This document shows positions 14,685 to 28,676 of a stretch of DNA of 64,000 nucleotides, one piece after another. This stretch comes from Selaginella moellendorffii (taxonomy: Eukaryota; Plantae; Lycopodiophyta). The stretch spans positions 1,471,014 to 1,535,013 of the forward strand of contig NW_003314300.1 of NCBI RefSeq assembly GCF_000143415.4, read 5' to 3'. Positions within the stretch are counted from its first letter, which is position 1. Every line of letters begins with the position of its first letter. Position numbers and translations under genes: made by a program. A model generated the notes under the pieces. It was given only the letters and a program-made list of their open reading frames with translations, had not been told where the DNA came from and did not search any database.

Positions 14685-16244
14685 TGCAATGTGCTAGTAA
14701 AGATGCGTTAAACCACTTTGATATGTCTCAGCAGAATGAGAGTGATATGGTCTTTTCTAATAGCTATTTATAGAAGGTATTTAGATTTGTGGGCAATATT
14801 TATTTTATGTAAAGAAAGTCTTAAACATGAAAATGTTATTCCCACATCTAGATTTTCTATTTTGTATTTATTAAGTTTTCAAATTTATCCCAAATGCTAT
14901 CTTTTGAGGCTGGATGAAAACTTAAAAAGCAAACTTTCATATAAAGAGGGTGGGTTTCAAATGTATAATAGAGATGGTTAGAAGTATAGTTGACCATTTA
15001 AGAGTTAATGGATTATTTATATCCTCTGTCCTTACTTTAGAAATAGCACTATATTTTGCATGCTTATTATTAATATAGCATAAAATATTTATAATAATAA
15101 CATTTTTAAAACACTAATTAATTAGCTATAGTTCTATATACTTACACCTCATTCCTAGGTTTAAGTAAAGAACCATACCAATGTCTTTGTATATCAGATT
15201 GCAAGCAAAGAGTTATACTTAAATTTTTATATACTTAATTTTAAATTGCAAGAAAAAAACTACATTTAAGCCTCTTTGTGAGCAAAGGGTCTTAATATTA
15301 TGATTTTGGATATTTTAAGATTATTATAATGTTTCTCCATACATCTATTTATTCAATCTTTAATTGTACATTTGGGAGTTTAACTTCATCCCTTTATTCA
15401 TGTGACTCTTACCTTGAAAAATTATCATCTCTTCCAAGAATATGTGTTTTATTCATCTTGTGGAAGAGCTCTGTTCGATCTTCAAGACATAAGCGCAGAG
15501 ATCCGTGTGGCCCAAAACTCTAAAACTCATAATTCATTATAGGGTATAAAATCAAAACCATATATAATATAGAAAGAATGGGTAATGAATATCTAAGGTG
15601 TTATATTGACCATTTAGGAAATTGAAATATTTGATAAGATTTATAGAAACATAAAAGTTTTATAGTTAAATCAAATCACAAATGCATATAAAACTATAAA
15701 GAAAAATATAACTACTCTTCTAAACTACAAGGGAAAATGTATTTTAAATGTTATAATTGACTATATAAATATATATTTTTAAAACTATATAAAATCCCAA
15801 ACATTTTGCCATAAGAAAAATCATATATAATATTTGATAAAACAGAGTAACATAAAGACACTATACTAAAAACTACTTATCACATTAATACTTAAACCAT
15901 ATAAAAAAGTAACTATTAGAAAACTAAGTAAACCACATGTCAACTGGGGGTTGGACTCCAGTGGAACCAATTTTGTCATGTGATTTTCTCATATGTCCTA
16001 TTTCTCTTACCAAGTGTTTCATATAGTTAATTTTGAAAAACCACATCATTTGGCATCTTTTAGTACCTTTAAACCTAGAACTCTAAAACTCTAAATGTGG
16101 GACAATTTTGTTGTTGTTAGAATCCTTAATTCTCTGAGACCAAATTCTTCTTAAGGCATGCTTGAAACAGTAAGTTCATCTCTTCTTGTTTTCGTTGTCC
16201 TTTTTTCTCTCACAAAGAGAGCGGCCACGGTATTGCACTTCTGC

Positions 16245-16344
16245 NNNNNNNNNNNNNNNNNNNNNNNNNNNNNNNNNNNNNNNNNNNNNNNNNNNNNNNN
16301 NNNNNNNNNNNNNNNNNNNNNNNNNNNNNNNNNNNNNNNNNNNN
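16245..16344. other. Assembly gap
   Basis: Run of N. Confidence 1.
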
Positions 16345-16527
16345 CTGTTTGGAAAGTTCATCAAAGATTTGTACAACCTCCCTGAAGGGAAGTTTTGGTT
16401 TACGATACGAAGAGAAACGAAAGGGCCTATCCAGGCCGGCTTCAAAGGGTCCAGCTCTTGAAAAAACGGACAGATAATCAGAGAAGGACATTTATGCAAT
16501 ACCTTCCCAAGGTCTCTTTCTGGTGTT

Positions 16528-16854
16528 NNNNNNNNNNNNNNNNNNNNNNNNNNNNNNNNNNNNNNNNNNNNNNNNNNNNNNNNNNNNNNNNNNNNNNNNN
16601 NNNNNNNNNNNNNNNNNNNNNNNNNNNNNNNNNNNNNNNNNNNNNNNNNNNNNNNNNNNNNNNNNNNNNNNNNNNNNNNNNNNNNNNNNNNNNNNNNNNN
16701 NNNNNNNNNNNNNNNNNNNNNNNNNNNNNNNNNNNNNNNNNNNNNNNNNNNNNNNNNNNNNNNNNNNNNNNNNNNNNNNNNNNNNNNNNNNNNNNNNNNN
16801 NNNNNNNNNNNNNNNNNNNNNNNNNNNNNNNNNNNNNNNNNNNNNNNNNNNNNN
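16528..16854. other. Assembly gap
   Basis: Run of N. Confidence 1.
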
Positions 16855-17119
16855 GCAAATTAGGTTTCACTCCTTAGGTGCACAATCAAGCAACCCACAG
16901 CCCTGTAGCTAGCAATCAAAGTAAATCAATATAAATCAATCTGAGAAGTCCCTACAAGGTAATTTGTTTAATGACTCTAACATGTGGAATACAACTCACA
17001 AACTAAACTCCCATTTCAAATCCGAAGACCTAAACATTGACTAAACATCTAAACATTGACCAAATAAAGTATATTTTTAATACTTGTTTAATACTAATAA
17101 ATGCTTGTTTAATATTTTT

Positions 17120-17421
17120 AAAGTTGGTGATGATATATATTTTTGTAGATATGAACTTGGAAACAAAGGCAGTTCCGATACGAAAACAATGAGCATGAAA
17201 TATACTAAGCCCCATCCATCCACGAAAATGGTCGCAAAGTTATTTAGAATCTAAAATTTCTACAGATCAATCTTACTGGGCAAGCATTTTTGTGAAAGAT
17301 GGGCCATCATGTCCTGGAGCATTTGTTTTGCTCTTGCAGCAGTCATCAGTCTTCCTTCTCACAACATTTCATTGTATTGCACAGAATCAGATATTAATCT
17401 AAAAAATCATCTAAAACAATG
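17120..17421 (-). repeat. Dispersed non-coding repeat, inverted copy of ~52467-52816 and ~60006-60391
   Basis: For example ccatccatccacgaaaatggtcgcaaagttatttagaatctaaa is the reverse complement of tttagattctaaataactttgcgaccattttcgtggatggatgg at ~60234. Confidence 0.85.
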
Positions 17422-17559
17422 TTGACAATTTGCTAGCGGCATGGAGATTCCTCTGAGATAGTAAGCCATGGAAGCTATGGTGAGAAACGCGAAAGCGGCG
17501 CCGATCCCAAATATCTCTTGCCGGGCAGCCTTACAGTCGTGGAACGCGCAAAGAACACT

Positions 17560-17884
17560 AAACAAGCGCGGGAGATTCAAATGCGAGCGCGATCGCTAGG
17601 TCACGGTGCTGGGCAACGCGCTCGTCCAGATGTTCGTAAAATGCGGGAGCCTGGGCGAGGCGATGGTCGCATTTGCCAGGATCTCCAGGAAATCGGCCGT
17701 TTCTTGGAACGCGATCGTAAAGGCGATGGGTGATTTCCGTGGCGCGATCGGGCAGGCGGAGGAGATGATGCTGGATCTGGATGGAGCGCGATTGGGATTC
17801 TATTCGCGTGCAGAAGCCGGGATTGTGGATCGCGCATGGCAGTCCATCGGCCCGGATTTCGGGCTCTTGGAGTATGGTGGGTAG
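17560..17884 (+). pseudogene. PLS-class pentatricopeptide repeat gene fragment
   Basis: VLGNALVQMFVKCGSLGEAMVAFARISRKSAVSWNAIV matches the PLS-PPR consensus (NALVxMYxKCGSLxEAxxxFxxMxxKxxVSWNAMI). Only 1-2 repeats are present before a stop. Confidence 0.7.
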
Positions 17885-17961
17885 CGGAATTCTAGCCGGA
17901 TCACATCGCTCCAGGAAGCCCTAGAAACAGGGCACAGAATTTAGGGTTCTTGCCAGGGAGA

Positions 17962-20900
17962 ATGAGGGACGAGCGGCAGCTGCCGCATCGCAAGCGCACC
18001 TTTGATCGGATGCTGGGGGACGTCGTTGGCGACGTGGAGGTAGATATCGACGGCGATGTGGAGGTGGATGTGGATGTGAGTGGATTGGAGCAGCACGACA
18101 TCGCCGATACTACCACGAGCAATGCAGCCCCGGCGGAGATGGATTTGGAGGGGTTTGAGTCCGTCATGGTGGGGGAATGCGACGACGAGCAGGAGGAAGA
18201 GGTGGAGGAGGACGAGGACGAGGAGGAAGATGAAGATTATGCGCTGCGGTTTGAGGGAGATATGGACCCGCTGGCCTTTGTGGACGTGGATCAGAATGGT
18301 GATCTCCCCTACCAGCAGTTTGAGAGGCTAGAGTATGAGGCACTGGCGGAGCGAAAGCGCAAGGCTCTCGCGAAGAAGAGGTATCGAGTGAAAAAAATAT
18401 TGTTCTGTGATTGATTTGTGAGTTTGCTTCGCAGAGAAGAGGAGGAGATGAATGCCAAAGAAAGTCAGCAGGACATCTTTGGCGCAGACATAGACGACAT
18501 TTGGAATGCTTTCGGCCCAAAGCGAAGAAGACGAGCGGGAGAGGTAAGAGTTAACTACTTTACTTGATCATGGATTATGGTTTTCAACTATGAGTCCATG
18601 AAGCTTACCATGAAGCTGGTCTTTTATCAAACGCTAAGCTCTTTTGAAATCGCAGGCAAAGCGGAAAGGAAGGAAAAAAGTTCCTGGCATTCCTGGTGCG
18701 TCGAGATTGCCTCCAGAGGTCTCGAGGAAACTGGGAGAAGCTAACTTGCTTTATGCAACGAGAAAGAACGACGAGGTCTGGACGGTGCTTGTGTCTTACT
18801 AGCAGTGCTGACAACTTTCCATGCAGGCAATCGCTCTCCTGAAAGAAGTGGTGCGTCTCGCTCCAAACGCTCCTGATGCTTATCACACGCTGGGGCTGCT
18901 CTACGACGCAATGGGAGACCGGAAGAAGGCGCTAAACTTCTATATGATATGCGCGCACCTCAAGCCGAAAGACGCTGCTCTGTGGAAGCGGCTTGCGTCC
19001 TGGTCTACGTAAGAACGCAACTTGAATAATGCTCCATCTAACTTCTCATTGCAGTGAGTTGGGAAATACAGGACAAGTGATTCACTGCCTGACCAAAGCA
19101 ATAAGGGCCGATCCTGATGACATAGATGCCAAGTGGGATCGTGCCTCACTATACGCTGAAATACTTGACTTCCAGAAAGCGGCCGACGCGTTTGAACAGA
19201 TGCTTGTTTTGCGATCGAGCGATGTAGAAGTTTGCAAAATGGTTGCCAAGGTAAAATTGCAGTCGTATTCATATAAATTCGTGCTAACTCTCACAGCTTT
19301 CTAAACAGATGCAACACAAGAATGGGAATATCCAACGGGCAACGGAAGTATTAGAAAAGTTTATTGACGAGCATTCTGCTGAAGCGGATTTTGCTGCGGT
19401 GAATCTCCTGGCTGAGCTTCACATGGGAAACAGGAATTACGCTGCAGCTCTATCTCAGATAGATCGTGCACGCCAAATGTATTGCCATGGACAGGCACTA
19501 CCGCTGGACTTAAGCATTAAGTCTGGGATCTGCCACGTTCACTTGGGAAATTTACTCGCAGCCGAGGTGAGTGTAGACATGTACAGCTCTTTCCTCTTTC
19601 ATTTTCCTGACTCTTTTTCAAAAGAGGGACTTCGAGGATTTACGTAAGGAGGGTCTTGACGATCTTGCGGACTTGGTGTTGGATGTTGGAGATACCTACC
19701 TGAGCGTTGGTAGACACCACGACGCTCTTGGATACTATATTATTCTGGAAGGCAACGATGCTTATGATAACGTATGCTCAGCTTGTTTTTTGATGTTATA
19801 ATGCCTGGTTATTTTTTTTTCTCTCTTGGCAGGGGACCCTTTCACTGAAAATTGCTGAGTGTTACATGGCGGTCGACGCATTGGAAGATGCCATCCGAGT
19901 TTACTATAGGGGTATGAAGTCGAGCTTTGTTTTCGGTTCCTATTCATTTCGTATCTTTCAGTGATGGAAAAATTGCCACAACACGTAGACGCTAGGCTAA
20001 CGCTGGCATCTCTTCTTTTGAGATGTTCTAGACTGGATGATGCAATAAATCTGCTGAAGCCTCCTCAAGTTACAGGTAAAATAGTCGAGCAGAACGTTGT
20101 CTTCTAAAGATGTTGTGCCGCAGATACGTCCGTCTCCGGTCTTTACTGGTGGCAGAACGGAAGAATAAAGATGAAGCTTGCAGAAATTTATCATGGCCAA
20201 GGGAAGCTTTATCTGTTTCTGGAGACCATCTTACCTGCAATTCAAGAAAGCCTCTATGTCGAGTCTTTTAACCAAAAGGTCCGTTTTCAGTTTTTCTTGC
20301 ACTTAGAACTGAAGCATGCATACAGGTGAAAGGAAGAAAACGCTTACCGAAAAGTGTCCTAGCAGAGCGGGCAAAGCTCTTGGAAGACAAGCAAGACGAC
20401 GAGGTGTTTCAAGGCTTTGGTCCGATCATTTCTCGTAATGATAGGTACACAACATCTATCTGTCTGATTCTTCTAGACGCTTGTTTGTGTTATGCGGACA
20501 GGGCTAAAGCATCAAGAGCAAAGAAGGTGTTAGCAAAACGCGCAGCCGAGAAAGAGGAAAAGAAAGCAGCAGCACTCGCTGCTGGTATGGAGTGGGAGTC
20601 TGAAGAAGAGTCGGACGGAGCAGAAGCTGTAAGTCTTGTTTCACTCAGTTCCAAATTCTAACACATCGCTCCTTGGCAGGAAATGGAATTAAAGCAATCA
20701 CCACTTCCAAATCTATTGAAAGACGACGAACACTATCAAACGCTGCTTCAGGTCCATTTATTTTACGTTCTCTTACGCAACGTTATTGCACTATTTATTT
20801 CAGGCATGCAAGGCTTTAGCATCCATCCAACGCTATTGGGAAGCTTTGGAAGTCATACATCACTCGCTAAGGGTGGGAAATTCGCTAACACCCGAGCAAC

Positions 20901-21847
20901 ACGACGAACTTCGAGCCTTGGGAGCCCGTAAGAAACAGTTTTCCGTGCTTGTGTTTGCAGCTAATTGTGTGCATGGATGCAGAAATAGCTTACAAAACAA
21001 GTGATGCAAGATATGGCTACGAGTGTGCGCGTTACATGGTCCAACAACGTCCATACAGCCTAAGTATGTGGAATTGCTACTACCAAGTCGTCTCAAGGTT
21101 CTTACCACACTTGTGGCCATTTTGCCTTGAAACTGCTGATCTTCCAGGTCTGAAGCTCGCGTGCCAAGGCACCACAAGTTTATGCTCCAGATGCGGAACA
21201 AATTCGCGGACTGTGTCCCTGCGATGATTATTTGTGGACACCAGTTTGCTATGATCAGCCAGTCACAAGGCGCTCTTCGCGAATATCTACAGGCTTACAA
21301 GCAGCAGCCGGAAGACCCGTTTATAAACCTCTGCGTTGGTAAGCACAGGTTGTGAATTAACTGGCAATGTTTTTGTGCTATTACAGGTGTGAGCTTCATC
21401 AATCTATCACAGGGCTTTAGACTGAGCAATCGAAACCAGTGCGTCTTACAAGGCTTTGCTTTCCTCTACAAGTACCAGCGTCTCTCAAATCACAACCAGG
21501 TAAAGCATCTCTTCGTCTGGCTATTTGCCAATCTTTGCTTGTTGGCTCTATACTCCACACAGGAATCAAATTACAACATCGCCAGAGCCTACCACTGTGT
21601 TGGTCTCGTTCACTTGGCCGTGACTTACTACGAGAAAGTTCTCCAGCACTTTGAGAAAGATCGACCCATCGTCCGGCTACCGTACGAATCGAGTACGTTT
21701 TTATCCCAGGATTTTGTCCCCGAGGGACGAGTTGGCGGCCACTGCGACCTGAGAAGGGAGGCCGCTCACAACTTACACCTGATCTACAAGAAGAGTGGCT
21801 CTCTCCATCTTGCGAGGCAAGTTCTCATGGATTATTGTAGGCCATAA
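17962..21847 (+). CDS. GTF3C3: General transcription factor IIIC subunit 3 (TFIIIC102/Tfc4), TPR protein, many exons
   Basis: Acidic N-terminus with YQQFERLEYEALAERKRK, TPR exons (AIALLKEVVRLAPNAPDAYHTLG; HLKPKDAALWKRLA) and C-terminal YLQAYKQQPEDPFINLCVG, NQCVLQGFAFL, ESNYNIARAYH, CDLRREAAHNLHLIYKKSG. Confidence 0.88.
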
Positions 21848-22120
21848 CCATTCCCTTGTAAAAATACTGATTAAGATAATAAAAGTAGTTTAAGCCTAAT
21901 AAAAAATCACTTTCTTTAAAATTGTATCTCTTAAAATGAAGCCTCCATTTGTTATTTTGTAATTAAAGTATAAATTTTAATTATACTAGCAAATTTAATT
22001 TTATAGATTAAGTAGAAAGAAAGAGTATTTAATTAGAGAATCTGTCTCACTCAATACAGAAGATTATTTTGGCTTTGTCAAAAAGTAAATCAGAAACGAT
22101 CTAAACCTTTTTCTCGGGAT

Positions 22121-23359
22121 TTAGCCAGGAATGACTTTAGAGATGACACCAGCTCCCACCGTGCGGCCTCCTTCTCTAAGAGCAAATCGTTGGCCTGCGA
22201 AAAACTCGAATGAGATCTCGAATCATGAAGCAAAAACAAGAAACGAAAATGGCGAAGAACTTACCAGCTTCGATTGGTGCTGGAACCCGGAGCTCGAATT
22301 TTAGACTAACATTATCACCCGGCATTACCATCTTTACATTCTCGGGTAGAGTTATCGTCCCTGTCACGTCCGCTGTCCTCAAGTAGAATTGCGGCCTGTA
22401 GTTCGAAAAGAATGGAGTGTGCCTCCCGCCTTCGTCTTTGCTGAGCACGTAAATCTCCGCCTCAAACTTCTTGTATGTTTTGATGGTTCCTGGCTTGCAA
22501 ATAACCTGAAGGAAGATCACGTAAAGACGCTCTTGCGCGTGTGCGATGAAAAAAGTTTACCTGGCCACGAGAGATGTCTTCACGCTTCAACCCACGGAGA
22601 AGTAACCCAACATTATCTCCGGCCTGTACAAGGAAGATTAGCGGCATGAAGACACCCATAAAACTTGTGTATTACCTGTCCTTGATCGAGAATTTTCTTA
22701 AACATTTCCACACCGGTGACAACTGATTTCTGGGGGCCGGACTGAAACACGAAGATGGATCTTCACTTCAGACGAAAAAGAGAAAAAGAACAAAAAGAAA
22801 GAAAAAAACAGCATACCTCTTTCAGTCCGACAATTTCGACTTCTTCTCCAACTTTGATAACGCCTTGCTCGATGCGACCAGTAGCCACAGTTCCTCGGCC
22901 CTGTTAATGCTCTTCGTCACAAATGAAAATTGGATTTTCCTTACCTGAATCGAGAAGACATCTTCTACCGCCAGCAAAAACGGCTTGTCAAGGACCCTCT
23001 TAGGCTCGGGAATATAAGTATCAACAGCTTCCATGAGCTTCAAAATCGAATTTTTGCCGGTCTCGTCGTTTGTTCCTTGCAGTGCCTGGAGGGCAGAACC
23101 CCTGATGATTGGAATGTCGTCACCAGGAAACTTGTAGAAAGAAAGCAGCTCTGCAAAGTTATACCGCAGAGTAAGGTTTCGACTTTGGCAGCATTTTCAT
23201 ATACCTCGGAGTTCCATCTCGACAAGCTCTAAAAGCTCTTCATCCTCAACAGCATCTACCTTGTTGAGGAAGCATACGAGCGACGGAACACCGACCTATA
23301 ACGCAATTCTCTCAAGTATTTATTTAAACTATTGGAGAAAAACAAACCTGGCGTGCTAG

Positions 23360-23392
<33 letters not shown>

Positions 23393-24143
23393 ATCCGGAG
23401 CAGAAACCACAAGAATGCCTCCGTCCATTTGTGCAGCTCCTGTGATCATGTTCTGTTTCACGAAGAAACAGAGTAACTAAAGAAAAATCAAGGAAGAGAC
23501 TCTCACCTTCACATAATCTGCGTGTCCGGGACAGTCTACATGGCCATAATGCCTGTTCGCGGTCTCATACTCAACGTGTGCCTATAAGAAACATCGTCAG
23601 TAATGGATCTTGCAGCTCCAGAAACGAGGAAAACTTACAGCCGAGATAGTAATTCCACGCTTTCTCTCCTCCGGAGCTTTGTCAATATCTTCAAAAGCGA
23701 TGGCTTTTGCCCTGCCTTCAGATGCGAGGACCTGAGAGGCAAATTTCACCAACGCTGTTAGAAGAAAGGAGAGAAAAAAGGAAAGGAAACCTTGGTGATA
23801 GCAGCGGTCAGAGTGGTCTTTCCATGATCAACGTGACCAATAGTTCCAATATTCATGTGAGGCTTCCTGACAAGAAAAAACCGATACAAATGTAAGAACT
23901 CTATCGATCTAGCTGTTCGTCCACTCCCCAGGCGAAATTCTCAGAGAAAAGGATCTTTCCACCCAAAAACCTGATTTTCTAGACTTACGTTCGAGTAAAT
24001 GTAGCCATGCCTCTGTGAAGAAATGCGCGCTCCCAGAAGCCGCATTTTGACGCATCCATGGCCCTCTCTTGAGCCGGCGCTGCTGCTGCAAGCCATCTGG
24101 TGAGTGTGAGTGATGCCCGCCTGCTTCCCCTGACGAGGGCCAT
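22121..24143 (-). CDS. tufA: Elongation factor Tu, mitochondrial (nuclear-encoded, multi-exon)
   Basis: Arg-rich presequence [18 protein letters not shown]...RGMATFTR, then [73 protein letters not shown] and [15 protein letters not shown]. Confidence 0.95.
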
Positions 24144-24168
24144 CGTTCGCTGCTCCACGGATGCGCAA

Positions 24169-24199
24169 AACCCTACTAGGGTTCTTCCCCTTAGGGTTT
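24169..24199. promoter_or_regulatory. Telo-box cluster upstream of EF-Tu
   Basis: aaccctactagggtt (inverted pair) and ttagggttt lie within 60 bp of the ATG. Telo-like AACCCTA motifs also occur near the starts of TAD2 (~11641), GTF3C3 (~17941), S21 (~46494, ~46528) and URB2 (~60489). Confidence 0.6.
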
Positions 24200-24999
24200 A
24201 AGGGACTTCCGTACAGAGAATATCTTTTGAATCTTTTTCAATTTTCCAAAACCCTAGCTGACGGGGTGGAAGCACCAGAAATTTAACATTGTTCGTGAGT
24301 AGGAAATAGAATTGTTGGGGGATGTGTCCTAAAGGATTTACGATACAAGAGACTTCACTTAATTCCCAAAACTTGGAATTGGGTTTCTTTATTTGCTTTT
24401 CACCCAATTTTTTTTAAATGCTGAAGTTCAGTAGTAATGGTTATTATATTGGTAACATCAATTTTTTTTGTTAAGTCTTACGAATATGGCAATCTTAAAA
24501 GCAAGACTTTCTTTCTTTTTTTAAATGATCTTCCATACCAAAAGCATAGGCTTGATATGTTGTTTTCCATTAGCAATGGTAAGAAATATTATTGTATAAA
24601 ACAAAGATCTTGGTTGAAATGTAGATTTTTCAATAGCACTTGAAATAACTAATCTTATTTCATATTAGAAACTACTTCATTTGAGGAGTTCCTAGCTAAC
24701 ACTATCGAAAACCATTGATAGTTTCAAATATAGAAAGTCTAAAGTATGTCCAACTAGTTTTTACACATCAGTTTTTCAAAAACCACTGTCCCTCTATTAA
24801 ATACTTCATTCAAAACCTGATAGGGTGTCAAGGGGCCATAGTAATATGGCCATTAGGAAATCCTCTCTAAGTTGCTCCATTCAGATCCTGTTAACTTCTA
24901 CTACCCACCTCACTAGGTCCAAGAAGAAACTTCTCCTCTCACTGGGTTGGAGGAGTTCATGTTAGCATGGGTAGTTGTTGCTAGCCCACAAACAAGCAC

Positions 25000-26300
25000 A
25001 GAATCACAACGGGGCTGTGCTTGTGGAAGAATGGATTAGGACTATGCTTGAATATATGCCATAGACACCATTATCAATGCAACTGGAACAAAGCTCTTGA
25101 ACTTTTGTCGGATAGTAGGAATGATACTGATTAACAAGTTGGATGCAGTGCTATGCATTAGCTATGTTTGGTTTCCAATGAAACCAAGGGCTTCTCCTGT
25201 GGCTTTAACCAAGCTTTCAATCATGTCTTGATTTGGCATTTGTTGGAACTTCAAATCCCCACTCTCCTTTTAGCAGCAATTGCTGAATTATTCAAGATTG
25301 CATGGCTACAAATAGCTGATAGCCAGCCCATTGAGTCATACTTGGGGTCCAACAAGGTTGCTCCCTCTTGCCACACTCTAGACTACAATCAAGGGTAAGG
25401 TACTTACACCTGACCAACTCTTGGGCATGTATCTCTATGTATTGTTGTATCCTGATGACATTTTGTTGCAGGCCACAAATACAGCGTCAGTCTAGATGTT
25501 TTAAGTGAATTCTGTGCAGCCAAAGGCATGGAAGTAAGCATTGCCAAAAAATAGCTCATGGTTTACCAAGGTGCAGCTCATTATAGTAGACAACTTGCTA
25601 TTCACAGGCCAACTCATGGAAAGTAAGCATATCTGATTGAATTGTAGTTGCTCACTATGCTAACTGTGCACTACTGTTTGACTGCCATACTCACATCAAG
25701 AGCTGACTGCAAAATGTCAATTCTTTCTAAGGTTACCACTATTGTGTTGTATGCTTCTGTGGCATTTGGGATAGATAAATCTTGGTTGAGGACTTGTAAT
25801 ACAAATTCTTTCAGATAGAGTTGCATATAGGGAATATCTCCTACCCAATAATTCAGCTCACGCTCCTTACATAGAAGCATATTATTAGATACATCAAGGT
25901 GTAGTCCAAATGAAACTCTCCATATGCACTATTAATAACTCAGCCTTATGTATAAAAGACATAGGGGCTGGTGGGCAAATGTCAAAATCTGGACATTATG
26001 CCTTGTCTAGATGTTGAGGAGATACATCATGAACCACTTGACGACTTTGGTGAATGGCACAAATGGCTAGATCAGAAGACCTATGAGGCTGTCAAGTATA
26101 AGATTTATCTCTTGACCATGAATCTGATGGGATGGGATCCTTATATATATCACCATATCCAGCATACCAGCATGGGAATCATGCATTCTAGGCTGAGATT
26201 AGGCAACATGTATAACCAAGAATTCCTAGGCATCTTCAATAATACCTCCTATGCACCATTGGTCATCTTCCATGCCTTGTTCAATACCCTCCTAGAAAAC
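25000..26300 (+). mobile_element. Degenerate non-LTR (LINE) retrotransposon ORF2 remnant
   Basis: Fragments DTIINATGTKLLNFC, QAFNHV, GVQQGCSL, LLYPDDILL, LDVLSEFCAAKGMEVSIAK and RLRLG correspond to endonuclease end, RT motifs (GVxQG, YADD) and the post-RT region, with many stops and frameshifts. Confidence 0.65.
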
Positions 26301-27796
26301 CAAGGGGTCTCCCACCACCTCACCATCTACTTACATAAAATGGAGGAGCTTCAATTCAAGTCCAAGAGAGTGTAGGGACTATAGGTAGGTAGTTCTACCC
26401 TCCCTAGTCTTCAGATTAGTGCTGGAAAACATATATTATTAATATTATTATTATTATTAATCAAGTAAGGGCTAGCATCACATAGCACAAAAAAAAAAGA
26501 AGAGATCAAGTATGAATGCTATGCCTTTGCTCTTCGTTTCTTTCCATCTTTCCAGACAAGTGTTGATGGTGGCATTATGAGTGGAAGGAGAAGATGCATT
26601 GATTGATGTAAATTCTTGTCTGCAGTAGACACATTTTTTTGTCCTAATTTTCACATTAGTCATTGTTCTGTGCAATTTCATTATAAGAGTGGCAATCTAA
26701 GAAATTAAAATCACTAATCATACTGTTGATTAGATACTTGACTATTATAGATTATATAGTTCAAGTACATTACCAAATGTCATGGGTGTTTATACAAAAA
26801 ATCCAAATATAAGTTGCAAACTTCTTTGAAGGGTCACTATATATTTAAATGAAATTATTGATTAGTATTATAATCTTACTTAGTATTTTGCAATGCCTTG
26901 GTTATTCAAGTGAAGTTGTAGAAGGATGTTTTGATCATGGGCCACAAAGACATGCTTCTATGGGTTTTGTATGCCAGTCTATATGTCAATTAACCTTCCA
27001 ATGGACACATTCAACTTATAAATATCTTTATGCAGCATAAAGAAGAAGTTATAAAATTGTTATAAAAGTACATGGGTGGAGAGCTCAAAATAGGATTGGT
27101 ACTAAAAGTGATATTGCGCAAGCTTTGAATTTTATTATTTGTAATTATATATTTCATGGCTTTGGTGGAAGAGTTTATTTTCAAGATGACTCTATTGATA
27201 TAATTATAAAACTATTGCCAAAACATGGTAGTGTCATACTATAGGTACAAAAACTATATTGAGAAGTTAAAAATAATATTGAAGTAAATTATAATTTTTA
27301 TACAAAATTATTAGCTCGTTTGCCATAAATTAAAAAATAACATTTGAACTTCTATGGTCTAATCAAACTTAAACATGGACTCTGAGTAAAATATTTTAAT
27401 TTATTATGGAGGAATAGAAACTACCCAGCAAAAGCTGGTAAGAACTTTTATATATATATATATAAAATATAATTATTTTAATAATGATCTTGTGAGTGCA
27501 TGGCATATGAAAATGAAATAAAAAATGTGCATATCAATTAGCTCAAAAAGCCTAGCTTATATATATGAGCAGATTGAACTCAATCCGACGGCTACTAAAA
27601 TCCCACTACGCTAATATTAATATATGACATTGTAGGTATACACTTGGACCTTATATCATCCACTCTTTTTGGAATGATGGAAAAAAATCAAAATTCTTTC
27701 ATGGACGGGCTAGGATTTGAAAGAACATCAAGAAGAAGCATTGATGGATTTCTGGGTGGTGGTAATTGTTCTTAATCCCTTTGTATAAAGTGTTTT

Positions 27797-28085
27797 AATG
27801 CTTTATTTCGTTAAAGTGGAACTTTTCATTATCCCACTTATGGTGTGTGGCCACATGCCATTTTTATAACAACAATAAAAAATTGAAGTTTTAGCTTTAT
27901 AATTTATAAATTAAAAACTTTTCATATGATTTTGTGTTATAATATTGTGAAATATAAAAAATAAATTAAAAAACTGATAGAAATATTAATAAATATTAAT
28001 TAAGTACTAGGAAATGGCATGTGGACACATGCTAATTAATGTCCCACTTTACTGAATATGTTCCACTTTAACGAAATAAAGCATT
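27797..28085. mobile_element. MITE / non-autonomous TIR element (~290 bp)
   Basis: Perfect 26-bp terminal inverted repeats aatgctttatttcgttaaagtggaac (27797-27822) and gttccactttaacgaaataaagcatt (28060-28085), plus a subterminal ccacatgccattt/aaatggcatgtgg inverted repeat and an AT-rich interior. Confidence 0.75.
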
Positions 28086-28676
28086 TTAGCTGTTGCACAT
28101 GTATAATTTCTAGAAGATTAGCTTATTGGATGTTATACCAAACCTTATAAACTTATGGTCCTACTTGCTGCAACACCTAATATAATTCCTTCCTTCCATG
28201 AGAAATGGAAGAAGTGATATCTTATAATGTTGTGCCAAGAAAAGAGCATCGTCAAGGGTGGTTGAAGCATGTACATGTATTCCTTGAGTAAGGAGCCTTT
28301 TAGACAAACCACATACCGTAAAATTGGGAAAACAAATTAACATCAAATCATTTACTTTATACTCCTCAAATGGATAATGATAGGAGTTGTAGCACTATTG
28401 TTGTCCCATTTATATGCAGGTTAGGTGTTTGGTAAACTCTGCTCAGACAAGTGAAAGTATGCTTGTCAAATATTAATCCTAAAACTTAACATCAGTAGCT
28501 TGTGGCAATTGTGAAGGTAAATTCAACTCCGTTGGTAATATCAAATCATGATTATATAGGATTTTATATGGTGAAGCCCAATAAAACTTTGCACCCCTAT
28601 GACATATGCATACTGAAGAAATGGCAAATAACCATCCCAATATAAACATTAAAAATTTATGTATTTTGCAATCATT

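Noticed and set aside
27600-27612. atcccactacg as an snRNA upstream sequence element
   Set aside because: Imperfect match to RTCCCACATCG, no snRNA downstream, and it is part of the short LTR-like repeat.
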